A stretch of 64,000 bases of DNA from Octopus vulgaris (taxonomy: Eukaryota), in assembly GCA_951406725.2 (NCBI GenBank), contig OX597814.1, positions 171,554,001-171,618,000 on the forward strand, in the 5' to 3' direction. The position numbers and the translations under genes are program-made. This document shows, in pieces, positions 1 through 12,741 of the stretch. Under the pieces are notes generated by a model. It made no database searches. It was given only the letters and a program-made list of their open reading frames with translations, and was not told the DNA's origin. How positions within the stretch are numbered: the stretch's first letter is position 1; each line of letters begins with the position of its first letter.

Positions 1-23
1 GAGAGAGATAGAGATAGATAGAC

Positions 24-74
<51 letters not shown>

Positions 75-1994
75 GAAAGAGAGAGAGAGAGAGGAGACAG
101 AGAGAGAGAAAGCTGGAGAGATCTAAACAGTAATGCTGCATTGGTTTCACCAGAGCTATAATTAAGAAATTCCATCCGTGACATCCCTTGTTGTTCCTAT
201 GTGCAGGAAAACCAAACGCACACTTTCACCGTAGCTCGACCCCTTTTTAAGACGGTAGATTGTGAGTCGAAGGAAACGGCGCTGCTATTTTTAGTAGTTC
301 GAGTAACCACATAAAGATTCTCTTGTTGGGTCGAGCTATTCGGCAAACGAAGTGGCAGAAAGTAAAGTATTAAAGAGGAGGCGGATGGAACAGAAAGGAT
401 CAATATCTTTTCTTTTTTCGAGCAAAACAATAGAAAAATGTGTAGTTCAACTAGCGAAGTGGGAGAAGTGAAATTCAAAGTAGAGGGAACGGGAGAAAAA
501 GAAAACTTGTTATTTACTAATCTATTTAATCAATTTAGGCAATGTTTTTTTCTTCTGGTTTGTATTTTCAAGTATTGATTGCTTTTTAAACTTGTTACAG
601 CTTGTCGTCTGGTCAATGTCCTCAATTTGTTAAGCTTGGTCGTTTATTGGTTCGTTTGATTCGGCCATCTTGTCGTCGTCTGTGCTAACGAATGTTGCAG
701 CAAATCCTATGAAATATTCTTGTTGTTTATTGTTCCTTGTGTGAACATCACAAGAGGAAGCAACTAGGAGCTTCTATGTGTTTGGTCGACTTGCTATAAC
801 TATCACTTAATCTGCCTTAAATCAAAAGCTACTGCTTTAAAAAGGGAAGGCTATATTTGATATTGCAATTCTAATTTCACTATTTCTGGAAAGAAAAGAG
901 GGAATAGTCACGGTTGGGACGTTTGGGATGGTATAATTTTTTCTGCAAGAAGAAAAATATTCTAACGTCTGTCTATTGCATTATTTGGATATGAGTAAGA
1001 TCGTGTGTAACAATAATGTATATTGAGGTCAAATGTAACACTTATTTAATTAAAATTAAAAAAGTGTGATTGTTCTTCACGAACAGTTAAATATTATTCT
1101 GCTCTGCTTTATATAAACGAGCAGAGAAGGATAAATACGGAAATAATAAAATATAGTGAGATCAGGACTGCTTATTAATGAATTAACGCTGAAAATGAAA
1201 ATATAGACAGTAGGAAAATAATTGAATGACGAGCATTTCAATGAAGTGATAAAGTGTTTTCCCACTACTTCAGGAGGTATTTTTTGAAGTGGCGACTTAC
1301 CTTAAAGATGTGTTATCTGGTATTTTGTTAGTTTGCAGTTTTTAAAGGTTTTTTTTAGTATGTGGCTCTTCTCAGCTACGCATTGTCCGCAATATCTTTC
1401 AATTTTTATATTGTGTACATGTCTTGAAAACTTTTTATTTTATGGTGATATCAGCAGCGTATTTTTTCCTAATCCCACAAATAATTGGATAGTTTTCTTT
1501 CTCCATACCTATGAAGTGTTTACGAACGGCAATAAAATTTGGTTTGGTGGAGGCGAATTCGGTTTCGTGTAAAATCACTCCAGCGTTTTGTGACTGGCTA
1601 AAGAGGTATGCATTTGCCTTTATGTATAGTTGTTATACGTTTTTTTTTATAATGTTTCTTTTGATAATGTATAGTCGATATTAGTTTTCTTTTTCAAGTT
1701 CTTGTTCCGCTGTTAAACTCAGTTTAATGATGTTTCTATTAAATAGTTATTGTATTGAAGGTTGATTGATAAATGCTTACTAATTAGCGTTACAAAGACT
1801 TTACTTATATTAAACGGAACGCACGGAAAGAAAAAGGAAATGTGACCTAGATAATATTGGTCTCTTTTCTTTTTATTGGATGGCAGGAGGCTACGGATAT
1901 ATATGACCTTATCTTTGAATCAACTAACTTTGATAAAGTTAGTGGATTCAAAGATATCCACTAACTTTAGGGTTGGGCTCAAAATTCTACCGGG

Positions 1995-2120
1995 ACACCT
2001 GATGAAAGGTGGAGAGTAAATCAGCCCAAAACATTGTGGTAATAACGAACAAGATTAGGACACATACCTGTCCAATGTAAATAATGTAAAGAATTCCTCA
2101 TCTCTAAAAGATAGAACATA
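1995..2120 (+). mobile_element. Penelope pLTR-like fragment with a decayed hammerhead motif, nested in the Penelope relic
   Basis: ACAC-CTGATGA-AAGGTG..CAGCC-CAAAAC-ATT-GTG; the GAAAC and GTH positions are mutated. Confidence 0.45.
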
Positions 2121-2783
2121 TTGTAATTAAGTGCCATATTTTTGAAGATCTCTTTTTTCAATTATAAAGTTGATTAATAACTGTTATCACTAATCAGGTT
2201 TTTAAAAACTGCGGGTAGTTGACAGTAGTTGACATATTAAAAGATTACAAACGCTAGGTTTGTTATAGAGTTTTACTTGTGTGGTTAGTAAAGTCGAGAT
2301 ACTAAAGTTACATATCATAATAATTTTTCGGCGGAAAAATTCTAAACGTAAGATCTTTCCTAAATGCATGTTCATTTCAGTTTTGCATTATAATCAACTC
2401 ATAATGTCGATATACATATTTTACATATATATCACCAGTGGAAAAAGAGATGCTAGGCAACCTGTAAAGGAAGCTCCACTGTATTTTAGGTTACGATATC
2501 GAAGTATGTTTTCATTCATAACCGAAATTGTGTTCGCGTATAAATGGTGTATTTATATGCGCTTGCGTAACGGAGGCTGCACCTCAAAAATTGGGATATA
2601 CAATCTTCAAAATGCACAATCGAAGGTAGTCATCACTCAGTTCTGTGGACAACCATAAGCCTGTATAGTTGTCTATAACTTTGTATATATAAAAATATAA
2701 ATACATATATATGTGTTTATACATATACATGTATGTATGTGTGTGAGTATACACACACGCACACACTCACACACACACATATA

Positions 2784-2842
2784 TAATACACCTGCTTGTT
2801 GCTTATACACCAGTCTTCGTCTTTTGTTTTTCTGTAAATTTG

Positions 2843-2847
<5 letters not shown>
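2784..2847 (+). mobile_element. 3' fragment of hammerhead-bearing short element family 2
   Basis: Matches 17053-17109 and the reverse complement of 30241-30303; ends GAACTA directly into (TA)n. Confidence 0.75.
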
Positions 2848-2878
<31 letters not shown>

Positions 2879-3277
2879 GAAATATATGCATGTATGCATG
2901 CTTACATACATACATAATACATACATACATATATATACATATATATATATACATATATATACATACATACATACAAGCATGCATGCATACATGCATGCAT
3001 ACATACATACATACATACATACATACATACATACATACATACATACATACATACATACATACATACATACACACTGCCCAAATACCAATCTTGAGAAATT
3101 AGACTTCTGAAAACCAGAAAGGAGAAGGCTAATTCGAAGACTACCGATCCAATCCATCACTGGAACTATAAAGATCTGTAAAATTTTCCAGAAGGTTTGT
3201 CATTTAAATATATATGAGCATGTCTGGATATGCAACTATATGCATGAGAATACATACATAAAGCATACAAATCTGCT

Positions 3278-3311
<34 letters not shown>

Positions 3312-4231
3312 CATGCATACATACATACATACATACATACATACATACATACATACATACATACATACATACATACATACATACATACATACGAAAATAC
3401 CCCGTTGCTGATGTTGAAATTCCAATGGAGCTGCGGATCTAGGTTAGAAACCGGTTCTTACTCTATTGACAAGTCATCTTTAAATAAACTAAATAATGAC
3501 ATACATACATGCATACCAACATACATACATACATACATACATACATACATACATACATACATACATACATACATACGTACATACATACATACACACAGAG
3601 GCACGTATATGTATATTGAGGACGAATTAACAACTATTTTGAGATAACTCTCCGTCAGAATTTTTATCGAGGAAAAAATCCCATAACGTCCATAAAGATT
3701 TCAATAAGAATATTATCTACATTGCTAAATATTTTCGTTGAATTCTACGGTGGTAATGAAAATATGTTCAAAATGAAAGGATAAAATTCTTTTTTAGTAC
3801 TAGTATTATTGGCTATAATACAGTTATATGGCTATAATACAGTTATTTTTTGTTGGAGATAGTTGATTTCAGCATCATATTAATGTTGGTGAAGATTTTC
3901 CTACTAATTAATCCGATTTCAGTCTAGGCAGTATTAATTAAGTAATCGGTTTGGGATTAGCGGCAAAATTCTCCTTCTGGTCCTCACGTCTGACGTAAGC
4001 TTAATGTTCAGCTAAACATTGTGATCTATTGTCTAACTTAAGAACATGAGTTATATGCATTTTTGTCTCAGTATTATTCAAGTTTGTACACAAGTCTTCT
4101 TCAGTTTTAGATAATATTCTTTAGGAGTTAGTTATAAGGTTTATCTTCTAATCTACTAACTTTTTCTTTTAGTTTTATCTAAGTTTTTTTTTTCATTTAA
4201 AAAAAAAAGAAGCTTAATGCTGTTAATAACA

Positions 4232-4363
4232 TAGTTGTGTAGTAAGAAGTTTGCTTTCCAACCACATGGAACTGGGTTCGGTCCCACTGCGTGAAACCTT
4301 CGGCAAGTTTCTTCTACTATAACCCCCAGAGAGACCAAAGCCTTGTGAATATATTTGGTAGTC

Positions 4364-4439
<76 letters not shown>

Positions 4440-4602
4440 ATATATATATGTATATATCTTTCACAGCCTTGGATTTTTATCTCATTCTGTTATTTTTTAT
4501 ATATATACTTTTCTCCCCACAAAATTTCAGGCCTTGTGCCTATAGCAGAAAAGTATACATATAAAAAAATAACAGAATGTGATAAGACTCCAAGGCTGTG
4601 AA

Positions 4603-4645
<43 letters not shown>

Positions 4646-5065
4646 CGACTACCAAATCTATTCACAAGGCTTTGGTCTGTCTGGGGTTATAGTTGACGAA
4701 ACTTGCCGAAGGTTTCACGCAGTTGATTACATCGACCCCAATGTTTCACTGTTATCTATTTTACCGACACCGAAAGGATGAAAGGCAAAATCGACCTCGG
4801 CAGAATTTGAACCCAGAACGCAGCGACGGGCGAAATACCTATTTCTTTACAACCCACAAGGGGCTAAACACAGAGAGGACAAACGGATTAAGTCGATTAT
4901 ATCGACCCCAGTGCGTAACTGGTACTTATTTAATCGACCCCGAAATGATGAAAGGCAAAGTCGACCTCGGCGGAATTTGAAATCAGAGCGTAACGGCAGA
5001 CGAAATACGGCTACGTATTTCGCCCGGCGTGCTATCGTTTCTGCCAGCTCGCCGCCATAAATATA

Positions 5066-5101
<36 letters not shown>

Positions 5102-5362
5102 TGTATGTATGTATGTATGTATGTATGTATGTATGTATGTTTGTATGTATGTATGTATGTATGTATGTGTGTGTGTGTATGTGTGTGAACCAAAACCCCT
5201 TGACAACTGGTGTTGCTTTGTTTACGTCCCCATAAATTAGTGGTTCGGCAAAAGACCGATAGGGTAAATTCCAGACTTTGAAAATAAGTACTTGGGTATT
5301 CTCCAAGGTAGTGTTCCAGCATGGCTGCAGTCCGATGACTGAAGCAGGTAAGAAGATAAATC
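4232..5362 (+). mobile_element. SINE-A (tRNA-like head, internal microsatellite), interrupted by an inverted duplication and a SINE-B dimer
   Basis: Head 4232-4368 and tail 5186-5362 align with intact copies at 31981-32388 and 61160-61576. Confidence 0.8.
4724..5056 (-). mobile_element. SINE-B dimer (tRNA-derived, Meta-like central domain)
   Basis: B box GAGTTCAAATTCC-like; central GCCTTTCATCCTTTCGGGGTCGAT..AAGTACCAG resembles the MetaSINE domain; two head-to-tail units. Confidence 0.85.
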
Positions 5363-6785
5363 AACTGTAAGTTTGTTCTTCAAAGTATTTGTTTACTTAA
5401 GGAAAGAGTGATTTAAGGCTTGTCACAAGGCGAATGGGTAAGTTCATTACATGAACCCTAGTGTACAACAGGAACTTATATGATCAATCCCGAAAAAAAA
5501 AAAAATGAAAGACCGAGTCGAAATTTGAACCCAGAACGTAAAGAGCCAAGACGAATGAAGCTAAGCTAGTTGTCCGACTCGTTAACGCTACAAAGACCAA
5601 TTTTGATTTTAATACTTTGAAATTCGATAGTATTCCAGTGTCGTACTGGGGTAGATTCTCTCTCTCTCTCTCTCTGCAATTCAAAGATTATGCCCAAGAA
5701 TTGCATAATGGTTGTACACGTGTCTGAAATAAATACTCACCGTTTGCATACATGCATTAATACATATATGCGTACATACATTGCGTACATGTTTTATATT
5801 GACGTCATGTCAATTCTAATGGGACTTTGCTTCCACTGCAGAGAGAATTTTGAAAAATATAACCAGAAACTCACACATACACACACACGCTCGCTTGCAC
5901 AGACAGACGCACACCCACACACACACACAGGTGCGTGCACACACACACACACATACACAAACATATACACACATGAATAAATAGACATAGATATAGCTAC
6001 GCGTGTGGATGCAGTAATACACACGCACGCTTGCACACACACACGCGTGCACATGCTCGCACACACTCGTGCACGCACGCACGCACGTACGCACACAGAA
6101 ACACAAAATGTGTGCGTCTTTACGCGTTCTGACTTGAAAAGAGGGAATGATAAACTTTTGCTGTGAAAGTTGCAATTATATCTATACAGGAACGCACACA
6201 TGCATACATACATACATGCATACATACATACATACATACATACATGCATACATACATACATACATACATACATACATACATGCATGCATGCATACATACA
6301 TACATACATACATACATACATACATACATGCATGTATGCATGCATACATACATACATACATACATACATACATACATACATACATACAAGCATACATTAT
6401 ATACATGCATACATACATACATGCATAATATACACATGCATACATACATGCATGCATATATACATACATGCATACATACATATATACATACATGCATACA
6501 CACTCACGTATATACATACACTCATATATGTGAGTATATGCATGTATACATATATGTATGCTGTATATATATAGATACATATATATGTGTGTCTGTGTAT
6601 ATATATATATCTATATGTACACACACATATATATGCATGTCTGTATGCATGTATATACATACATATATACATACATATATACATACATACATATATGTTC
6701 ATATACGTATGTATATATGTATGTATGCGTGTATGCATGACAAACACCAAATAGGCAATATCATTATAGATGTGATCCACCCGGC

Positions 6786-7008
6786 AATGATGATAATAAT
6801 AAAAATAATAATAATAATAATGATGTTGATGATGATAATGATGATGATGATAAGTTGATTAGTTGCTGATGATGACGACGACGACGATGCTGATGACGAT
6901 GATGATGGTGATGATGGTGATGGTGATGATGATGATGACGGAGATAACGTTGGTAATGATGATGAAGATGATGATTGTGATGATGATGATGATAATGATG
7001 ATAACAAC
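6786..7008. repeat. (AAT)/(GAT)/(GAC) trinucleotide array
   Basis: Directly visible. Confidence 0.95.
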
Positions 7009-7489
7009 ATCGAGGAATCGGGTCTCTTAGTACCCTCCCCTCAAATAGATAAATAAAGAAAATAAACAAATAATAAAGAAAAAAAAGCGAATATACAAAC
7101 GCGAAAAGAAGTATCGAATCGGAGTTTGCCAACAATGAAAATAATTGCAATCTGGATCGTAACTTCTCTAGAGACTTCTAACATTCAAAGGCGAGATTTT
7201 CATTTTATTAAGTATAATATGTATGTGTCAATGGCGTGAGGGGCATTTGGACGCATTTGCGGCCTTTTCTTTAGTTTTACGGATGAAATATTGACGAAAA
7301 TCGCTTTTCACTCTCTCCCTTCCCTATTTTCTAAATGCTGGTCATTTTGCTGGTGGATAGTCTCCTGTGTAAGAACAAGAATAAATAAAAGGACAGCATT
7401 GTTGGGCAATAATTTATACGTAATGCTCTCTCTACAAAAGCTATTGTTTACCTGATGGTGATTCAGTAGATTCGGAGGGTTGATAATGC

Positions 7490-7563
<74 letters not shown>

Positions 7564-7580
7564 GTAATGACAATAATGCA

Positions 7581-7753
7581 CAAGACCTGAAATTTGGGTT
7601 GAGGATGGTAAGTCGATCACATTGACACCAGTAATTGACTGGTACTTAATTTATGGCCCCCGAAAGGAAGAAAGGCAAAGTTGACCTCGGTGGAATTTGA
7701 ACTCAGAACTTAGAGACAGACGAAATGTCACTAAGCGTTTAACCAGGCGTGCT
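7581..7753 (-). mobile_element. SINE-B copy (tail variant 2)
   Basis: Aligns with other SINE-B copies. Confidence 0.8.
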
Positions 7754-7829
7754 TACAACTAAGCTAGTTCATTGCTTTAATAAAAATAATAATAATTATA
7801 AAAAAAAAAAAATAATAATAATAATAATG

Positions 7830-7887
<58 letters not shown>

Positions 7888-7888
<1 letters not shown>

Positions 7889-7991
7889 CCTTTCTACTAA
7901 AAGGTACAAGGCCTGAAATTTTGGAGGAGGAGACTAGATTACATCGACCCCAGTGTTTCACTGGTACTTAATTTATCGACCCCGAAAGGAT
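7888..7991 (-). mobile_element. SINE-B 3' fragment (tail variant 2)
   Basis: Tail plus part of the central domain. Confidence 0.75.
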
Positions 7992-8509
7992 GATGCAGTA
8001 CTAAGGCTTCTGATCTTAACTGATTGGAAGCGTCATCGTGTATATTGTTTTCTCTTGGTACAAAAGATGGGTTACAGCAAATATATTGCTCAATACCACA
8101 GATTAGCTAGTCAGTTTTTCTACCTTAACCAGTTGAGAGTGCCCTTTGGTGGTTTGCGATATGTGTATCTCTGATTACGAGCAGAAGTAGTGGGGTGGGC
8201 ATCATAGCCATGTGTTGAGAGGGATTCTTTGAACTTTGAATTATACAACTCTGGAAACAACCCTTAAACAATCCGTATTAGGGGACCTTTTGGGCTGGAT
8301 GGGCTACTCAACCCGAAGAAAATTCTAACTGGGCCCCACCTGCAACATCATGCACTGTTTATCTTGATATGAGATCTCCATGCCGCTCACATGTGGTTGT
8401 GGTGCATGTGCCTGGTGTACCCTTATCAGACGGGTAGTCATGATGGGTATACTGGGCTTCGATATTTTACCCCAGTGTCACTTTGATGGTATGTACTACT
8501 CCCTCACTC

Positions 8510-8510
<1 letters not shown>
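7991..8510. mobile_element. ~500-bp interspersed repeat abutting (AAT)n, copy 1
   Basis: Aligns along its length with 8673-9165; no ORF; class not determined. Confidence 0.7.
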
Positions 8511-8577
<67 letters not shown>

Positions 8578-8632
8578 CAACAACAACGACGACGACGACA
8601 ACGACGACGACGACGATGACGATGACGATGAC

Positions 8633-8671
<39 letters not shown>

Positions 8672-8672
8672 A
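8510..8672. repeat. Compound array (AAT)n(AAC)n(GAC)n(GAT)n
   Basis: Directly visible. Confidence 0.95.
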
Positions 8673-9165
8673 AATGCCCTGATGCAGTAGAAGACAGTGG
8701 CTCTCGTGGCTTCTGATCTTAACTGATTGGAAGTGTTATCATGTACATTGTTCTGTCTTGGTATAAAAGATGGGATACAGCAAATATTCTGCTCAATAGC
8801 ACTTCTCATGCAGAAGTAATGGGGGTGTGTCATAGCCAAGTGTTGATAGGAATTCTTTGAACTCTGAATTATTCACCTCTGGAAACATGGGTGTTTCATT
8901 AAACATCCTTCAACAAGCCTTATTCAGGGATTTTTTTTTTAGTGTAATGGGCTAATCAACCCGAAGAAAATTCTAACCAGGCCTCACCTGCAAGATCATG
9001 CACTGTTTATCTTGATATGAGATCACCATGTCGCGCACATATGGTTGTGATGCATGTGCCTGGTGTACCCTTATCAGACGGGTAGTCATGATGGGTATAC
9101 TGGGCTTCATATATTTCACCCCAGTGTCACTTTGATGGCATGCATTGCTCACTCTCACACGCAAA
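8673..9165. mobile_element. ~500-bp interspersed repeat flanked by triplet arrays, copy 2
   Basis: Direct repeat of 7991-8510 with different indels. Confidence 0.7.
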
Positions 9166-9179
9166 TAATAATAATAACT

Positions 9180-9315
9180 CTCTAGAACAACACTATGTAC
9201 AAAACCAAATATATGGCACCCTAGGCATAACACCAACATGAACTTCCAACTTGTTGTCTCTTGAGGTGAGACTTGGAGCCAACTTGTACAAATGTAAAGC
9301 AAAAGTCAAACATAA

Positions 9316-9316
<1 letters not shown>
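9180..9316 (+). mobile_element. Probable LINE 3' UTR fragment ending in (TAA)n (R4/Dong-like by inference)
   Basis: Near-identical to 48859-49008; both copies end at the same point and run into (TAA)n. Confidence 0.55.
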
Positions 9317-9383
<67 letters not shown>

Positions 9384-9448
9384 TGATAATAATAATAATA
9401 ATAATAATAAAAATAATAATAATAATAATAACGATAATAATGATGATG

Positions 9449-9517
<69 letters not shown>
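9316..9517. repeat. (AAT)n array
   Basis: Directly visible. Confidence 0.95.
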
Positions 9518-9518
<1 letters not shown>

Positions 9519-10619
9519 GGAAAGTATTAGATAGATGAAAAGAACGAATAGCATGGTACCGTAGGCTGCTGGTAGTAAGCCCGCTACGCATGCTAGACCC
9601 CAGGAGCTCCAACAAAACTTGTGATAAAGAGGAAATAATGATAATACACTGAAGATTCTTTGGTATAGAAAGACATGGCAAGTAGTGCAGGATATTGCAT
9701 CAAGATTTCTTACACATCCTGGAACGCCAAATAAATAAATAAAATGCTTTGTGAATCAGCCCAAGGAGAACCAGTTCTTATACAATTTTCAGATCAAGCT
9801 ATGTAACATGAATGTCGTTTTTTTCTCTTTCCTCTTGGTATGCTAAGTGTAGCTGCAAAACATCTGAGCATGCACAAAGCAATTTGGAAATTCCAGAAAA
9901 CGGACCTTCTCAATTGATATTTAACAGAAGAAGCCTGCCAGGACTCTTTAAAGCACGCTGTCTTCTATATTGAGAACGGTTGCCAAAACAAGGCTGGTCA
10001 ATTTGTGATAAAACCTAATGGTTTTCTGTAAAGTAACAAACCTGAAATATAGTGAAACGATCTCTTCTCATCAGTCTCCGCCTTTTCTATAAGTAGACTT
10101 GTTTCATCTGACGTTGGATTGCTTGTTTCTTCACTGAATTTTTCACTCTCACAAAGTCTAACTCGACAGATTTCATGGATAATCGAGGTTTTTTTACATT
10201 TCTATATCTCGAACCTGTCAAGTTATTCTATCTAGAGATACAAAAACCTGAATTTCTTTGGTAGTGAATTTCTCTATTTTCGTTTTGAAGGTAATAGGAC
10301 TCAGCTGGGGTCTATATGGCTCTGGGCGGGGTCGGGGTCGAGTTGTGCTATGTCGCACGTTCGAATGCCTTCTACTCAACTTCTCTCTACTACCCTACTC
10401 TGTTCTAGTCTACTACGACTGCTACTCCTGACGCCTAGGCCTCTCCCTATATATCTATGTATTGGGCTAGCCTACTTCAACGTCTGGGTGAGTCCACACA
10501 ACAGGTTGCGTATAAGACTTTTATTAAAATTTAGGTACAATGAATTGCTTATACTTCTACAATGCATCAAATATCTTAACAATCTTTATAAATAAAATTA
10601 ATAAGACTTAATAATAATA

Positions 10620-10716
10620 AAATATGATTTTTTGAACGGTAAATGGCTATGAGAGTTCACAAGAGTAAAAGACGAATCAAAGGGTCCACAGATAAAAAAA
10701 TGGTTAAGAAACACTG
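10620..10716 (-). mobile_element. hAT/Charlie-like MITE end
   Basis: Ends TGGTTAAGAAACACTG (TIR type CAGNGGTTCTCAACC); reverse-complement match to 42777-42870. Confidence 0.5.
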
Positions 10717-10852
10717 GTGTAGACAGTTAATAGGTTCTTAAATACAGCGGAGTGATTCTTCCCGGTTTACTTGACAGATCATTACTGTTATATCGTCCTA
10801 GAAACTGTGGTTACATCTATACCATACTATCATATACAGGGATTCAGGAATT

Positions 10853-11006
<154 letters not shown>

Positions 11007-11063
11007 GGCGGTGCCCCAGCATGGCCACAGCTCATTAGCTGAAACTGGAAAAATCAAAAAATC

Positions 11064-11113
<50 letters not shown>

Positions 11114-11892
11114 ATATATATATATGTATGTATATACAAATATACATATATACATATACATATTTATATGTATATACATATATATATATACACACATACA
11201 TAGACATATATATACATATGCATACATATATATATATATATATATATGTAAATATATATATATCAAAATAAGCAACAAGGATATCCAGAGGTAATGTAGT
11301 ACGATTGTTTTATTCAATATATATATATATACATACATGCATATATACATACATACATCAGTTAAGGTAGGAGATATGATCCAGGTCTCCAGGTGTTTGT
11401 CTTGTGAAGCACTCCTACGGATTGCAGGTATTTGAAAAGTGAAAGGGAGAAGTTCTTTTGTGAAGCTACAGCTCCGATAAACAGAAAATCCGCAAACGAA
11501 ACACACACACACTCACACACACACACACACACACGCACAATCACGCACACACATCATATATAAGAAACGGATTCAAAGAATCAGTCGGAAACTACTTGAT
11601 TCTCCAGGCTAGAATCCTGCTATCAGGTCACAAAGGTAATTAATTTCCGATGTTATATAAAAGGACCATGCAACTGAAGATCCAAGATATACAAACAGAT
11701 GAATTTCCTTTGTGGTATTTATAATAAGCAAATAAAAGCCAAGGAGAGGTAAGAGTCAATTTAAATATGGATAATCGTCGTTCTCGTACTCCTGGGCGAT
11801 TAACTTTAATCTGCAATAAATAAATGACAAAAAACAAAACAAAAAACATATTAAACCACTGCAGTGACAAATGGAATAATATACAGAGCATA

Positions 11893-12277
11893 TCTCTATA
11901 TATAAAAGAGAGGTTGTGTGTCTATCTCCTACGATTTAGATTCCTAACTACTCCCACATTTTGCAGTGCAGTTTAACTAAAACCGGGTATCTTATAGTCG
12001 TGATTCATATCGAGCCCTTCGTCTACGATGAGTCTACGATTTAAAAAAAAAATAACCATCATTTTTTTCCATTTTAATGCATCTTTTTCGCTATTATATA
12101 AGGGAAGTAACTCTCTAAAAATGTCTACGATGAGTCACCGATTAAAAAAAAAATTTACCATCATTTTTTTTCCATTTTTAATGCAATTTTTTTGCTATTT
12201 TTTGGCTATAACTCTCTAAAAATGCTTATATAGTTATTTCCCTTACAAACCCGAGCAACGCCGGGCGATACTGCTAG
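11893..12277 (+). mobile_element. Non-autonomous Helitron (385 bp)
   Basis: A|TC 5' end (TCTCTATATATAAAA); 3' hairpin CCCGAGCAACGCCGGG then CTAG|T; no TSD; internal ~100-bp tandem duplication. Confidence 0.85.
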
Positions 12278-12509
12278 TTCTAAATAAAATCTGCAAGACA
12301 CTGATGATTGTATAAGAAGAATCAGTAGGTCTACGAAACGGATGGTTTTTGGCAATGGCCGATACTGCGTGTACGAACTGGCTCTAAGTTGTATTTAAGT
12401 TAAAAGTTAACCAGAGGCCCTGTACGTAGTCATTTGACCTGCTAAAATTTGCAGACACTCAGTCGTATCTCACAGTGTTATGTAAGGTAAAGAATATATG
12501 GATAATACA

Positions 12510-12741
12510 TATTTCTTTACTACCCACAAGGGGCTAAACACAGAGGAGACAAACAAGGACAGATAAACGGATTAAGTCGAAAACATCGACCCCAGTGCGT
12601 AACTGGTACTTAATTTATCGATCCCGAAAGGATGAAAGGCAAAAATCGACCTCGGCGGAATTTGAACTCAGAACGTAACGGTAGATGAAATACGGCTACG
12701 CATTTCGCCCGGCATGTTAATGCTTCTGCCAGCTCGCCGCC
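12510..12741 (-). mobile_element. SINE-B full-length copy
   Basis: Complete head, central domain and tail 1; flanking direct repeat ATGGATAATA. Confidence 0.9.

Larger units (their letters stand above)
1250..4160 (-). mobile_element. Fragmented, highly decayed Penelope-like retroelement (RT, linker and GIY-YIG C-terminus), split by microsatellite and other insertions
   Basis: Collinear minus-strand peptides. ~3870-4050 VLKLDNRSQCLAEH*AYVRREDQKENFAANPKP..LINTA*TEIGLISRKIFTNIN (PLE RT N-terminus, LKDHKxNF..RLINPxKSEIGxISK type). ~2470-2510 FDIV..YSGA (FDVTMGSYDGAE-like). ~1720-1810 NISKVFVTLISKHL..LFNRNIIKLS (linker). ~1360-1500 KLSNYLWD..ITIK*KVFKTCTQYKN..YCGQCVAEKSHIL (GIY-YIG end). Stops and frameshifts throughout. 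Confidence 0.8.

Noticed and set aside
207-316. Exon after the TGTGCAG acceptor
   Set aside because: Short frames, and overlap with a decayed family D repeat.
9540-9960. Possible RLE-LINE 3' end on minus (IPKNLQ..LLGSSMR)
   Set aside because: Similarity too weak to call by eye.
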